Positions 27,202-36,492 of a stretch of DNA of 37,867 nt are shown here, piece by piece (the stretch's first letter is position 1; each line of letters starts with the position of its first letter). A program made the position numbers and the translations under genes. Location of the stretch: assembly GCA_039795205.1 (NCBI GenBank), contig JBDKEO010000035.1:1-37867 (forward strand). The letters are read 5' to 3'. Source of the DNA: Actinomycetota bacterium (GTDB lineage Bacteria > Actinomycetota > Acidimicrobiia > Acidimicrobiales > Ilumatobacteraceae). The notes under the pieces are model-generated. The model made no database searches. It was not told the origin of the DNA and worked only from the letters and a program-made list of their open reading frames with translations.

Positions 27202-28124
27202 CGAGAAACATCCGCGTTGCTGCTGCCCAAATGGGCCCGATTCAACGAGATCACGATCGTCCGCAGGTAGTGGAGCGACTGATCTCGTTGTTGCGTGATG
27301 CACATGCAAAGGGTGCCGAACTGGTGGTCTTTCCCGAACTTGCCCTGACCACCTTCTTCCCTCGCTGGTTCGTGGATGACATCAGCACGGCAGATCACTG
27401 GTACGAACGCTCGATGCCGTCACCGGTGACGCAGTCGCTGTTCGACGAGGCAAAGCGTCTCGGTGTCGGTTTCTGTCTCGGATACGCCGAACTCACCGAC
27501 GAGGGAGAGCGTTTCAATACGCAGATTCTCGTCGAACGTGACGGTCGGGTCGTCGCAAAATACCGCAAGGTACACATCCCCGGACACGAACACCACGAAC
27601 CCGATCGTCCGTTCCAACATGCCGAGCGCTACTACTTCACCCCAAGCAACGAAGGTTTCGGTGTGTGGAAGGCATTCGGTGGTCGGGTTGGCATGATGAT
27701 TTGCAACGACCGACGTTGGCCGGAGAGCTATCGCGTCATGGGCCTACAAGGTGTCGAGCTCATCTTGTGTGGTTACAACACTCCCTTGCACTACGCACCG
27801 GACCCGTCGCAGAACCCTCTCCAGAGCTTCCACAATGGACTCGTCATGCAGAGTGGCGCCTACCAGAACGGAACGTTCGTCGTCGGTGTCGCCAAGGGCG
27901 GTGTCGAAGAAGGAGTGGACAGCCTCGCGGACTCACAGATCATCGCCCCCTCGGGCGAGGTGTTGGCCAAGACGACGACATCCGCAGACGAGGTGGTAGT
28001 TGCCGACTGCAACCTGGACTGGTGCTACCAATACAAGAACACGCTCTTCGACTTCGACCGCTACCGGCGCCCCGAGGTGTACGGCAGGATCACGTCCCAA
28101 CGTGGCGCAGTACTCGCTGATTGA
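27198..28124 (+). CDS. Nitrilase-superfamily N-carbamoyl-D-amino-acid hydrolase (D-carbamoylase)-like enzyme
   Basis: 308 aa, GTGA-coupled to the M20 gene. The Glu-Lys-Cys triad contexts are intact (VVFPELALTTFFPRWF with Glu47, YRKVHIPG, MMICNDRRWPE). As I remember it, the match to Agrobacterium DCase runs the full length. Confidence 0.85.
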   Translation: MTRNIRVAAAQMGPIQRDHDRPQVVERLISLLRDAHAKGAELVVFPELALTTFFPRWFVDDISTADHWYERSMPSPVTQSLFDEAKRLGVGFCLGYAELTDEGERFNTQILVERDGRVVAKYRKVHIPGHEHHEPDRPFQHAERYYFTPSNEGFGVWKAFGGRVGMMICNDRRWPESYRVMGLQGVELILCGYNTPLHYAPDPSQNPLQSFHNGLVMQSGAYQNGTFVVGVAKGGVEEGVDSLADSQIIAPSGEVLAKTTTSADEVVVADCNLDWCYQYKNTLFDFDRYRRPEVYGRITSQRGAVLAD

Positions 28125-28177
28125 CATTCTGTAAAACTGAAACCCTTGTCGGATAAGGTACCCAGCAGGGTCAGGGG

Positions 28178-30796
28178 GTGTCAGTGGGGATGATGGACAC
28201 GAGCGAAACTGTCGAGACTTCAGCAGAGGTCGAATTCACTCTCAACGGGACGGCCGTCACCGTGCGCGGGCGACACCCGCACTTGTTGTCGGCGCTTCGC
28301 GACGAGCTGAACGTCACGTCCCCAAAGGACGGATGTTCGCCAAGTGGACAATGCGGATGTTGCACGGTCATCGTCAACGGGAAGGCAGTCGTCAGTTGTC
28401 AAACTCCCCTCACCAAGGTGGCAGACGGCACCGTCACCACGCTCGAGGGTTTCTCGGAAGATGAAAGGCGGGCATTCGCCGAGTCGTTTGCCGCCTGTGG
28501 TGGTCTGCAGTGTGGCTTCTGCATCCCGGGCATCGTCGTTCGCGCGAAGGCGCTGATCGACAAGAAGGGCGAGGGTTTAGAGCGAGGCGACATCAAGCGC
28601 CATCTCGGAGCCCATCTGTGCCGATGCACTGGATACGTCAAGATTCTCGATGCGATCGAGGCGGTTGCCAAGAAGCGCGTGCCTACGCCGACGACGAGTG
28701 CCGAGATCGGCTCGAGGTTCGCCAAATACGAGGCTTCCGAGCTCGCCCTCGGTGACCGCGGCTACATCGACGACATTCGCATTCCCGGCATGTTGCACGC
28801 CGCATTGCACCTCACCAAGCACGCGCGTGCCGAAGTGCTCCTCATCGATGTGAGCAAGGCGACCGCCGTACCGGGAGTGCGTGCCGTCTACACCGCTGCC
28901 GACATTCCCGGTGAACTGCTCGTCGGCATCATCTACAAGGACTGGCCGGTGATGATTCCGCAGGGCGGATTCACTTCCTATGCGGGCGACGTGCTCGCAA
29001 TCGTCGTCGCGGAAGACCGCCTCACGGCGCGAGCTGCAAGTGAATTGATCGAGGTGACCTACCGACCGCTCAAGCCGATCACGGATCCTTTCGAGGCCAT
29101 CGCTTCGAGCGAGATCGCGGTGTGGCAGACCGACGACAACGTCCTTTCGGTCAGCCAGTACCAACGCGGCGATGTCGATACCGCACGGCAGAGCTCGACA
29201 CATGCGGTGCAGCAGCGATTCACCACCCAACGCATCGAGCACGCCTTCCTCGAACCCGAAAGCACTCTGGCGGTGCCAAACGCCGACGGGACGGCGTTGC
29301 ACGTCTACTCGGGTGGTCAAGGCGTGTGGGACGACCGCAACGACATCGCTCGTGTGCTCGGCATTTCGAATGATCAGGTCACGGTCGAATTGGTCTCCAA
29401 CGGTGGTGCATTCGGTGGCAAGGAAGACATGAGCAATCAAGCCCATGCGGCGTTGGCGGCATGGCTCCTGAAGGCGCCCGTGCGGTGCACGCTCTCGCGC
29501 GAGGAGAGTTTGCTGATGCACGCGAAGCGACATCCGATCGTCATGGACTACGAAGCCGGTTGCGACGAGCAAGGCCGACTGACATTCCTGAAGGTGCGAG
29601 TCGTCGGAGATTCAGGGGCGTATGCATCAGTGGGCATGAAGGTGTTGGAACGAATGGCCGGTCATGCCAGTGGTCCGTATCACGTGCCTTCCATCGACGT
29701 ATCCGCCACCGCCGCGCGAACGAACAATCCGATTTGTGGTGCGTTCCGTGGATTCGGCGCCAATCAGGCGCAGTTTGCGATGGAGGGCGTGCTGGATCGC
29801 CTCGCCGAGAAGGTCGGCATCACGGGTTTCGAAATTCGTAAGCGCAACGTGATCAAGCCCGGAATGGTGTGGGGTCCAGGCCAAATCATGGACGATGGAT
29901 GTCTCGGCGCGGAACTCTGTCTCGACGAATTGCAGGCCGACTACGAACGGGCCCGCACGGATGGTTTCGCCGTGGGGATCGGTCTGGGATTGAAGAACAG
30001 TGGTCTCGGAAACGGTTTCAAGGAGATCACTCGTGCGGTCGTCCGCTTCTGCGAAGACGGCAGCGTAGAAGTCCGTCATGGTTGGACGGAGATGGGTCAG
30101 GGAATCCACACCGTCGCCCTGCAGGTAGCCGCTACCGAACTCGGCATCGACCCCGAACGGATCCGAGTCCTCGTCGACACCACCCGCGAACTCGGACTCG
30201 GACAAACGACCGGAAGCCGAGGAACGTTGATGGGTGCCGGCGCAGTCAAAGCCGCATGTGACGTGGCCAAGGCCGCAGATTGTGCGGTGGGTGTCGATCA
30301 CCTCGGCGAATACCGTGTCGACTGGACGACCAAACTCGGCGATCCCGGCGTAACCAATCCGATCATCCACTCGACATTCGGTTATGCGGCACAAATGGTG
30401 GTCATGAGTCGTGAAACCGGGAAGATAGTCAAGGTGATCGCGGCGCATGACGTCGGTCGGGCGATGAATCCCCAACTCTGTGAAGGCCAGATCGAAGGAA
30501 GCGTGCACATGGGCCTCGGCTATGCACTCACCGAGGACTTCCCGAGCGATCCCGAGACCGGCTTCCCACTAAACAACACACTGCGCAGCCTCGGCATTCT
30601 GCGTGCCAAAGACGTACCACCCATCGAGGTGCGGATCATCGAGTCTCCTCAGCCCAACTCGCCCTACGGAATCAAGGGTGTCGGCGAGATCGGACTGGTG
30701 CCGACGGCCGGTGCCGTAGCCGCAGCACTCCGACAGGCGACCGGAACATGGCACGACACGTTGCCCATGCAACGCGCGACAGGCGACGAGGACTGA
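28178..30796 (+). CDS. Fused 2x[2Fe-2S] plus molybdopterin-binding hydroxylase, no FAD domain (D. gigas MOP / XdhD-like architecture)
   Basis: 872 aa from GTG 28178 (ATG alternatives at 28190 and 28193). Fe-S motifs are GCSPSGQCGCCTV and QCGFCIPG...CRCTGY. Moco-domain motifs are GGAFGGKE, CGAFRGFGANQ and GVGEIGLVP. Confidence 0.85.
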   Translation: MSVGMMDTSETVETSAEVEFTLNGTAVTVRGRHPHLLSALRDELNVTSPKDGCSPSGQCGCCTVIVNGKAVVSCQTPLTKVADGTVTTLEGFSEDERRAFAESFAACGGLQCGFCIPGIVVRAKALIDKKGEGLERGDIKRHLGAHLCRCTGYVKILDAIEAVAKKRVPTPTTSAEIGSRFAKYEASELALGDRGYIDDIRIPGMLHAALHLTKHARAEVLLIDVSKATAVPGVRAVYTAADIPGELLVGIIYKDWPVMIPQGGFTSYAGDVLAIVVAEDRLTARAASELIEVTYRPLKPITDPFEAIASSEIAVWQTDDNVLSVSQYQRGDVDTARQSSTHAVQQRFTTQRIEHAFLEPESTLAVPNADGTALHVYSGGQGVWDDRNDIARVLGISNDQVTVELVSNGGAFGGKEDMSNQAHAALAAWLLKAPVRCTLSREESLLMHAKRHPIVMDYEAGCDEQGRLTFLKVRVVGDSGAYASVGMKVLERMAGHASGPYHVPSIDVSATAARTNNPICGAFRGFGANQAQFAMEGVLDRLAEKVGITGFEIRKRNVIKPGMVWGPGQIMDDGCLGAELCLDELQADYERARTDGFAVGIGLGLKNSGLGNGFKEITRAVVRFCEDGSVEVRHGWTEMGQGIHTVALQVAATELGIDPERIRVLVDTTRELGLGQTTGSRGTLMGAGAVKAACDVAKAADCAVGVDHLGEYRVDWTTKLGDPGVTNPIIHSTFGYAAQMVVMSRETGKIVKVIAAHDVGRAMNPQLCEGQIEGSVHMGLGYALTEDFPSDPETGFPLNNTLRSLGILRAKDVPPIEVRIIESPQPNSPYGIKGVGEIGLVPTAGAVAAALRQATGTWHDTLPMQRATGDED

Positions 30797-30803
30797 CCGT
30801 TCG

Positions 30804-31883
30804 ATGACGCTCGATTCGACGCAGACGACTGGTTTCGTCTGTGCGCACCATCACCTGTACTCCACACTCGCTCGAGGAATGCCAGCGCCTCCTCGCCAGA
30901 GTGAACACTTCACCGAAATCCTCGAGGACATCTGGTGGCGTCTCGATGCCGCACTCGATGAACAGATGCTCTATTGGTCAGCCGCCCTCGGTGCCGTGGA
31001 GGCGCTCTTGGTGGGCACCACTGCGATCGTCGACCACCACGAGTCACCACGCTTCATCGAGGGTTCATTGAGCGTGCTCGCCAAGGCATGTCGCGATGTC
31101 GGCGTGAGACTCAATACCAGTTACGGCGTCACCGACCGCTGGGACGACAGCGGCAACCTGCACAGCGTCGTCGAGCCGGGGTCACCGATGACCTCCGCCG
31201 CCCGTCGAGGTTTGGACGAATGCGATCGCTATCTCAGCAGTGGAGGCGAGGGCATGGTGGGACTCCATGCAGCCTTCACCTGTTCCGATGAGACGATCGC
31301 AGCGGCTGCTCAACTTGCGCAAAAACACGGAGTGGGCGTCCACATCCATGTCGCCGAGGGACCAATCGACAAGGATGCCGCCAAACGTTTGGCGGCCTTC
31401 GCCACCGACGACTGGCTTCTCGTGCATGGCGTGCACATGGACACTCCCCTGCGTGGCAGGCTCGTCCACAATCCACGCTCCAACATGAACAATGCAGTTG
31501 GTTATGCCCGTCCATCCACTCGCGAGAACACGATCCTGCTCGGCACTGATGGAATAGGCAGCGACATGCTGGATGAAGCCCGTGTCGCCTACGCACGCCT
31601 CCGCGAATTCGACGTTCAGGCCACACCGGAGACCGTGTGGGGATGGCTACGGAACAACCAAGCGTTGATGCCCGCCACCTCGCGCGATGTGGTGACATGG
31701 AACTATGACCACATGGACTCTCCGTGGCATCTGGCTTTCACCACCGGTGTTCGACCGATCAGAATTCAGGTGAACGACGACGTCGTGCTCGACAATGGCC
31801 TGCCCACCAAGATCGACATACACGAAGTTCGCGCCAAGGCAGCAGAACAGAGCAAACGACTCCACGAAAGGCTCAGCACATGA
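30804..31883 (+). CDS. SsnA-like amidohydrolase (cyclic amidase/aminohydrolase superfamily), N-terminally short
   Basis: 359 aa. [54 protein letters not shown] and [10 protein letters not shown] parallel remembered E. coli SsnA segments. The HxH motif starts at residue 15, and the start lies 7 nt after the upstream stop. Confidence 0.7.
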   Translation: MTLDSTQTTGFVCAHHHLYSTLARGMPAPPRQSEHFTEILEDIWWRLDAALDEQMLYWSAALGAVEALLVGTTAIVDHHESPRFIEGSLSVLAKACRDVGVRLNTSYGVTDRWDDSGNLHSVVEPGSPMTSAARRGLDECDRYLSSGGEGMVGLHAAFTCSDETIAAAAQLAQKHGVGVHIHVAEGPIDKDAAKRLAAFATDDWLLVHGVHMDTPLRGRLVHNPRSNMNNAVGYARPSTRENTILLGTDGIGSDMLDEARVAYARLREFDVQATPETVWGWLRNNQALMPATSRDVVTWNYDHMDSPWHLAFTTGVRPIRIQVNDDVVLDNGLPTKIDIHEVRAKAAEQSKRLHERLST

Positions 31884-32920
31884 CCATCAGTCCACTCGCA
31901 TTCAATGACAAGGGCCACCTGCGGGCCGCGATTTACCTGCAAGATGCCCATCCACTGCGCGAGGGTATGGCTTTCGCCCAGTACGCCGAAGCAAAGGGAT
32001 TTGAGGCGGTGTGGCAGGCGGAGAGTCGCCTCGTACGCGAAGCCACCGTGCCCATGGCGGCATTCGCATCCGTCACCGAACGTCTCAAAGTTGGTTCGGG
32101 AGTCGTCGACTGCTGGAGCCGAAACCCGGCGAGACTCGCCGCGACCTTCTCGACGCTCGATGACCTCGCACCAGGTCGAGTGATCCTTGGTATTGGTGCG
32201 TGGTGGGATCCGTTGGCGCAGAAGGTGGGAATCAGTCGCAACAAGCCGCTCAAGGCGATGCGCGAGATCGTGACCGCAGTTCGCGCCCTTCTCAACAATG
32301 AGAACGTCACCTTTCAGGGCGAGTTCGTCCAACTCGATGGCGTGGAGCTGGACTACGTGTACCAGGATCGTCGCGCCAAGGACGTTCCCATCTACATCGG
32401 CGCGACTGGCATGCAGATGATGGAGTTGACCGGCGAAATCGCAGACGGTGTCGTGCTCAACTACCTCGTATCGCCCGACTACAACGCACAGGCCCTCGCC
32501 GCCCTGGAAAAGGGTGCAGCCAAGGCCGGCAGGTCATTGGAATCGATCGACCGTCCGCAACTCGTCGTCTGCAGCGTGCATGAGGACCGCAAGGTCGCCT
32601 TGGACATGGCGCGCATGATGGTCACTCAATACCTCGGTCAGCAACCACACATCATGAAGGCATCAGGCGTCCCCCAGAGCCTCCTCGACAAAGTCGGCGA
32701 GGTACTGACCTGGCCGGCAACACACGAACAGGTGGAACGTGCATCGAAGCTCGTTCCCGATGAAATCGTGCAGATGCTCACGGCATCGGGCACGCCGGCA
32801 GAGGCACGTCAGGCCGTCCGCACCTACCTCGAGAATGGTGCGACTTGCCCGATTCTGTATCCGCTCGGCGACGTGCGTGCGATGATCGACACCTTCTCGG
32901 GATGGGACGGCACGTTGTGA
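31880..32920 (+). CDS. Luciferase-like (LLM class) flavin- or F420-dependent oxidoreductase
   Basis: ATG at 31880 overlaps the upstream stop (ATGA) and gives 346 aa. Contains [22 protein letters not shown] and VLNYL, a pattern typical of Mer/LLM TIM-barrel enzymes. Confidence 0.8.
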   Translation: MTISPLAFNDKGHLRAAIYLQDAHPLREGMAFAQYAEAKGFEAVWQAESRLVREATVPMAAFASVTERLKVGSGVVDCWSRNPARLAATFSTLDDLAPGRVILGIGAWWDPLAQKVGISRNKPLKAMREIVTAVRALLNNENVTFQGEFVQLDGVELDYVYQDRRAKDVPIYIGATGMQMMELTGEIADGVVLNYLVSPDYNAQALAALEKGAAKAGRSLESIDRPQLVVCSVHEDRKVALDMARMMVTQYLGQQPHIMKASGVPQSLLDKVGEVLTWPATHEQVERASKLVPDEIVQMLTASGTPAEARQAVRTYLENGATCPILYPLGDVRAMIDTFSGWDGTL

Positions 32921-33762
32921 CCGTCGTCAATGCCCGCTCCGTCGAGGAGGCACTCGCAGCGCTCACAGCGCATCCAGAGGCGCGACTTGTCGCAGGCGGA
33001 ACGGACTTGATGGTCGAAGTCAACTTTGGTCGTCACGATGTTCACGACGTGGTGTCGTTGCGCCGCGTCGATGAGCTCAGGTCATGGCACCGCAACGACG
33101 ACGGCAGCATCTTCATCGGGTCAGGACTGCCCTACCGACACATGGAGCAAGGTGAACTGGCTCGAGCGTTGCCCGCGCTGGCCCAAGCAGCACGAACGGT
33201 CGGATCGCCGCAGATCCGTGCGGCGGGAACCCTGGGGGGAAACCTCGGCACGTGTTCTCCCGCCGGTGATGGACTCCCCGTGCTTGCAGCACTCGAAGCA
33301 GACGTCCACCTGCGATCCATTGGTGGCGAACGTCGGGTCAAGTTCGTGGACTTCATGGTCGGCGTGAAGAAGAACGCTGCTCGCCGCGACGAACTCATCA
33401 CTGGTGTCACGGTGCCCCGTCTCGACGGTTTCCAGGCCTACTCGAAGGTGGGCGTGCGCAACGCCATGGTGATCGCGATCGCCTCGGCATGTTTCGTCCA
33501 CGATTCGACGAACGATCGGGTCAGGCTGGCACTCGGTGCAGTTGCCCCCACGATCGTTCGGTGCACGGATGCTGAGCAGTTTCTCGAGGGAATCCTGGGT
33601 TCACACAAGGCGGTCACCGACGATAACGCCCGCGAATTCGGGCGACGTGCGGCGAGTGCATCCCGCCCGATCACCGATCATCGATCCACCGCCGAGTATC
33701 GCAAACATGCCGTAGCGGTACTGGCGAGGCGCTTCGCAGAAAGGGCTTTCAATGTCCGCTGA
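32917..33762 (+). CDS. FAD-binding medium subunit of a molybdenum hydroxylase (CoxM/XdhB/YgfM-like)
   Basis: GTG at 32917 overlaps the upstream stop (GTGA) and gives 281 aa. Contains [26 protein letters not shown] and a C-terminal CO_deh_flav_C-like region. Confidence 0.85.
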   Translation: MTVVNARSVEEALAALTAHPEARLVAGGTDLMVEVNFGRHDVHDVVSLRRVDELRSWHRNDDGSIFIGSGLPYRHMEQGELARALPALAQAARTVGSPQIRAAGTLGGNLGTCSPAGDGLPVLAALEADVHLRSIGGERRVKFVDFMVGVKKNAARRDELITGVTVPRLDGFQAYSKVGVRNAMVIAIASACFVHDSTNDRVRLALGAVAPTIVRCTDAEQFLEGILGSHKAVTDDNAREFGRRAASASRPITDHRSTAEYRKHAVAVLARRFAERAFNVR

Positions 33763-34234
33763 GCACTATGCCCTACAAGTCAACGGAACTCGTCACGAGG
33801 TCCGCGATTCATGGGTGGGTGAAAGCCTGCTCTACGTCCTGCGGGAACGGCTGGGCTATTACGGCACAAAGGGTGCGTGTGAGCAGGGCGAATGCGGTAG
33901 TTGCACGGTACTCATGGATGGTGAGGCCGTCTGCTCGTGCTTGGTGCTCGCGGCCACTGCCCAAGGATCAGAGATCGTCACCGTGGAGGGCCTCGCCAAG
34001 GATGGTGAACTCAACGAAGTGCAGCGAGCATTCGTCGACAAGGGTGCCGTGCAGTGTGGATTCTGTACACCCGGTTTGATCGTCGCGATCACCCACCTCC
34101 TCGACACGGATCCGAATCCGAGCGAGTCCAAGATCAAGGAATCCATTTCCGGAAACATTTGCCGCTGTACCGGTTACGGACGAATTTTCGACGCCGTGCA
34201 ACAGGCCATCGAGGTCCGGGGGATGAACCGATGA
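33752..34234 (+). CDS. [2Fe-2S]-binding small subunit of a molybdenum hydroxylase (CoxS-like)
   Basis: 160 aa. Contains CEQGECGSCTV, SC, QCGFCTPG and CRCTGY. It overlaps the FAD subunit gene by 11 nt. Confidence 0.9.
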   Translation: MSAEHYALQVNGTRHEVRDSWVGESLLYVLRERLGYYGTKGACEQGECGSCTVLMDGEAVCSCLVLAATAQGSEIVTVEGLAKDGELNEVQRAFVDKGAVQCGFCTPGLIVAITHLLDTDPNPSESKIKESISGNICRCTGYGRIFDAVQQAIEVRGMNR

Positions 34235-36492
34235 GCACCACGATCACGGCCAATCGCAACACCCTCGGCACGAGCGTCCTGCGCCCCGACGGAGCGGCGA
34301 AAGTTCGCGGGGACTTCCAATTCTCTTCCGACGAATTCGCCACCAACATGCTGTGGGGGGCAACCTTGCGCTCCCCTCACCCATATGCGCGAATTCTCTC
34401 GATCGACGTTTCTGCTGCGCTGAAGATCAATGGTGTCTCCTGCGTCCTGCTCGCCGATGACGTCCCCGGCAAGGCCACCTATGGCTTGATCTCGAGCGAC
34501 CAACCGGTCTTCGCCAAGGACGTCGTGCGCTACATGGGTGAACCGATCGCCGCGGTCGCTGCCGATCATCCCGAAACCTGCAAACGCGCCCTCCAAGCGA
34601 TCGTCGTCGAGTTCGAAGTGTTGTCACCGCTGGTCGACCCAGAGCAGTGTCTCGACGATTCGATTGCCCCGATTCACCCTGATGGCAACGTCTTTCGTCG
34701 TCAACGCATCGTTCGCGGCGATCAGACGATCGTGGGCGAAGTTCAGGTGGAAGGCACGTACGACATCGGCATGCAGGATCAGGCGTTCCTGGGCCTCGAG
34801 GCGGCACTGGCCATTCCCGGCCACGACGGCCGATCAGTCGAGCTGCACATCGCCACGCAATGGTTGCACGAGGATCGCAAGCAGATCGCTGATTGCTTGG
34901 GACTTCCCGAAGAAGCCGTCCAGCTCGTCCTCGGGGGTGTCGGAGGTGCCTTTGGTGCACGCGAGGACATCAGTCTGCAAGTGCATAGTTGTCTTCTGGC
35001 GCTCCGCACGGGGCGGCCAGTCAAGATGCAATACAGCCGTGAGGAGAGCTTCTTCGGGCATGTCCACCGACACCCCGCAAAGATCTGGATGCGTCACCAC
35101 GCCACGCGAGACGGCCGTATCCAGCGAATCGAGGCACGCATGTTGATGGACGGCGGTGCGTACACGAGCACTTCACCCGCCGTGTTGATCAATGCGATCA
35201 CCCACACTCAAGGTCCATATGTCTGCGAGAACGCCACAGTCGAAGGAATCGCAGTGCGTACGAACAATCCGCCGTGTGGGGCCATGCGAGGTTTCGGTGT
35301 GGTGCAGGCTTGTTTCGCCCACGAACGACAGATGGACAAGTTGGCCAAGGCGTGTGGCATCGACCCAGTCGACATCCGACTCCGCAATGCCATGTCCAAG
35401 GGCGATCTGCTGATCACGGGTCAACCGATGGACTCCGTCGCCCCCGTAGCACGCTGCATCACCGAGACTGCCGCCATTCCCCTACCCGACGATCCGGAGG
35501 GCGGTGATCCACTGCTCCTTCCGGGCGGTTCGGGTCTGACCGCCGAGCGACGCAACATTCGGCGAGGAGTCGGCTGGGGCGTATCGATGAAGAACCTCAT
35601 GTACAGCGAAGGTTTCGACGACTACAGCACCGCCCGCTGCACGCTCCGTGACGGAGTCGCCCACCTCAAATTCGCTACGTCCGAAGTGGGCCAAGGCTTC
35701 GTCACCCTGGCCATTCAGATCGCCACGAGCATCCTCGGCGTGGATCATGTCGAACTCGAGCAGATCGACACCCGAATCGGCAGCGCCGGTTCCACGTCGG
35801 CGTCCCGCCAGACGTGGATGAGTGGCGGCGCCCTCGATGGAGCTTGCCGCATGGTGCGGGAGATGCTCTTCCAGAAAGTCGGCGCCGAGCATGGCATCGA
35901 CCCTCTTCGACTCGCGATCGTCGACACTGACGTCGTCGACACGATGGGTACGTTGCGCATACCGGTGCGCGAGGCAAGCGCCGGCAGCACCCTTGCCCAC
36001 ACGTTCGAGCATCACCACCGACCCACGAGCGATCTGGACGAGAACGGTCAGGGCAACTGTCACGTTGCCTTCGCCTTCGTTGCCCACCGCGCAGTCGTGG
36101 ACGTCGACCCCGATCTGGGGCTGGTCAAGGTCATCCAAATTGCCACCGCTCAAGACGTCGGTCGTGTCCTCAACCCGCTGTCAGCGATTGGCCAAATCGA
36201 AGGTGGAATCGCCCAAGGACTCGGTCTTGCCGTCATGGAGGAGATCGTCATCGACCAGGGGCGCGTGCGCAACCCGAGCTTCACGGACTATCTCCTGCCC
36301 ACGGCGCTCGATGCGCCAGACGTCGAGGCCGTCTTCATCGAAGAGCCGGAACCCATGGCTCCGCTCGGTGCCAAGGGAATTGGCGAGCCTCCGTGCATCT
36401 CCGTGACTCCGGCAATCGTGGCTGCCATCAGCAACGCGATCGGCAAGAACATCGACCGTACACCCGTGCGGCCACAGGACATCTGCCTCTAG
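34231..36492 (+). CDS. Molybdopterin-binding large subunit of a xanthine dehydrogenase/aldehyde oxidase-family hydroxylase
   Basis: ATG at 34231 overlaps the upstream stop (ATGA) and gives 753 aa. Contains GGAFGARED, CGAMRGFGVVQ and GIGEPP. I did not find the CO-dehydrogenase active-site loop (AYRCSFR or AYRGAGR). Confidence 0.9.
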   Translation: MSTTITANRNTLGTSVLRPDGAAKVRGDFQFSSDEFATNMLWGATLRSPHPYARILSIDVSAALKINGVSCVLLADDVPGKATYGLISSDQPVFAKDVVRYMGEPIAAVAADHPETCKRALQAIVVEFEVLSPLVDPEQCLDDSIAPIHPDGNVFRRQRIVRGDQTIVGEVQVEGTYDIGMQDQAFLGLEAALAIPGHDGRSVELHIATQWLHEDRKQIADCLGLPEEAVQLVLGGVGGAFGAREDISLQVHSCLLALRTGRPVKMQYSREESFFGHVHRHPAKIWMRHHATRDGRIQRIEARMLMDGGAYTSTSPAVLINAITHTQGPYVCENATVEGIAVRTNNPPCGAMRGFGVVQACFAHERQMDKLAKACGIDPVDIRLRNAMSKGDLLITGQPMDSVAPVARCITETAAIPLPDDPEGGDPLLLPGGSGLTAERRNIRRGVGWGVSMKNLMYSEGFDDYSTARCTLRDGVAHLKFATSEVGQGFVTLAIQIATSILGVDHVELEQIDTRIGSAGSTSASRQTWMSGGALDGACRMVREMLFQKVGAEHGIDPLRLAIVDTDVVDTMGTLRIPVREASAGSTLAHTFEHHHRPTSDLDENGQGNCHVAFAFVAHRAVVDVDPDLGLVKVIQIATAQDVGRVLNPLSAIGQIEGGIAQGLGLAVMEEIVIDQGRVRNPSFTDYLLPTALDAPDVEAVFIEEPEPMAPLGAKGIGEPPCISVTPAIVAAISNAIGKNIDRTPVRPQDICL

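Noticed and set aside
28125-28177. Possible Moco riboswitch or promoter in the only sizeable spacer inside the operon
   Set aside because: The spacer is only 53 nt, far too short for the ~130-nt Moco RNA motif. A TTGACA hexamer overlaps the upstream stop codon, but no properly spaced -10 element is evident.
28577-30508. 331-aa and 293-aa minus-strand ORFs inside the fused Fe-S/Moco hydroxylase gene
   Set aside because: They are antisense to a gene with strong XDH-family motifs along its whole length. They have no motifs of their own and are an expected GC-rich artefact.
28178-31883. Possibility that this is a selenium-dependent molybdenum hydroxylase system like the E. coli/clostridial xdhD-ssnA loci
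   Set aside because: The window has no in-frame TGA interruptions, no SECIS-like context that I can see, and no yqeB/yqeC/ygfK/selD-type genes. The rest of the genome must still be checked before excluding this.
32917-36492. Possibility that the M-S-L three-subunit enzyme is an aerobic CO dehydrogenase (coxMSL order)
   Set aside because: I could not find the CoxL active-site loop (AYRCSFR, or form II AYRGAGR) in the large subunit. Its motifs match XDH/aldehyde-oxidase-type hydroxylases, and no coxDEFG accessory genes are present.
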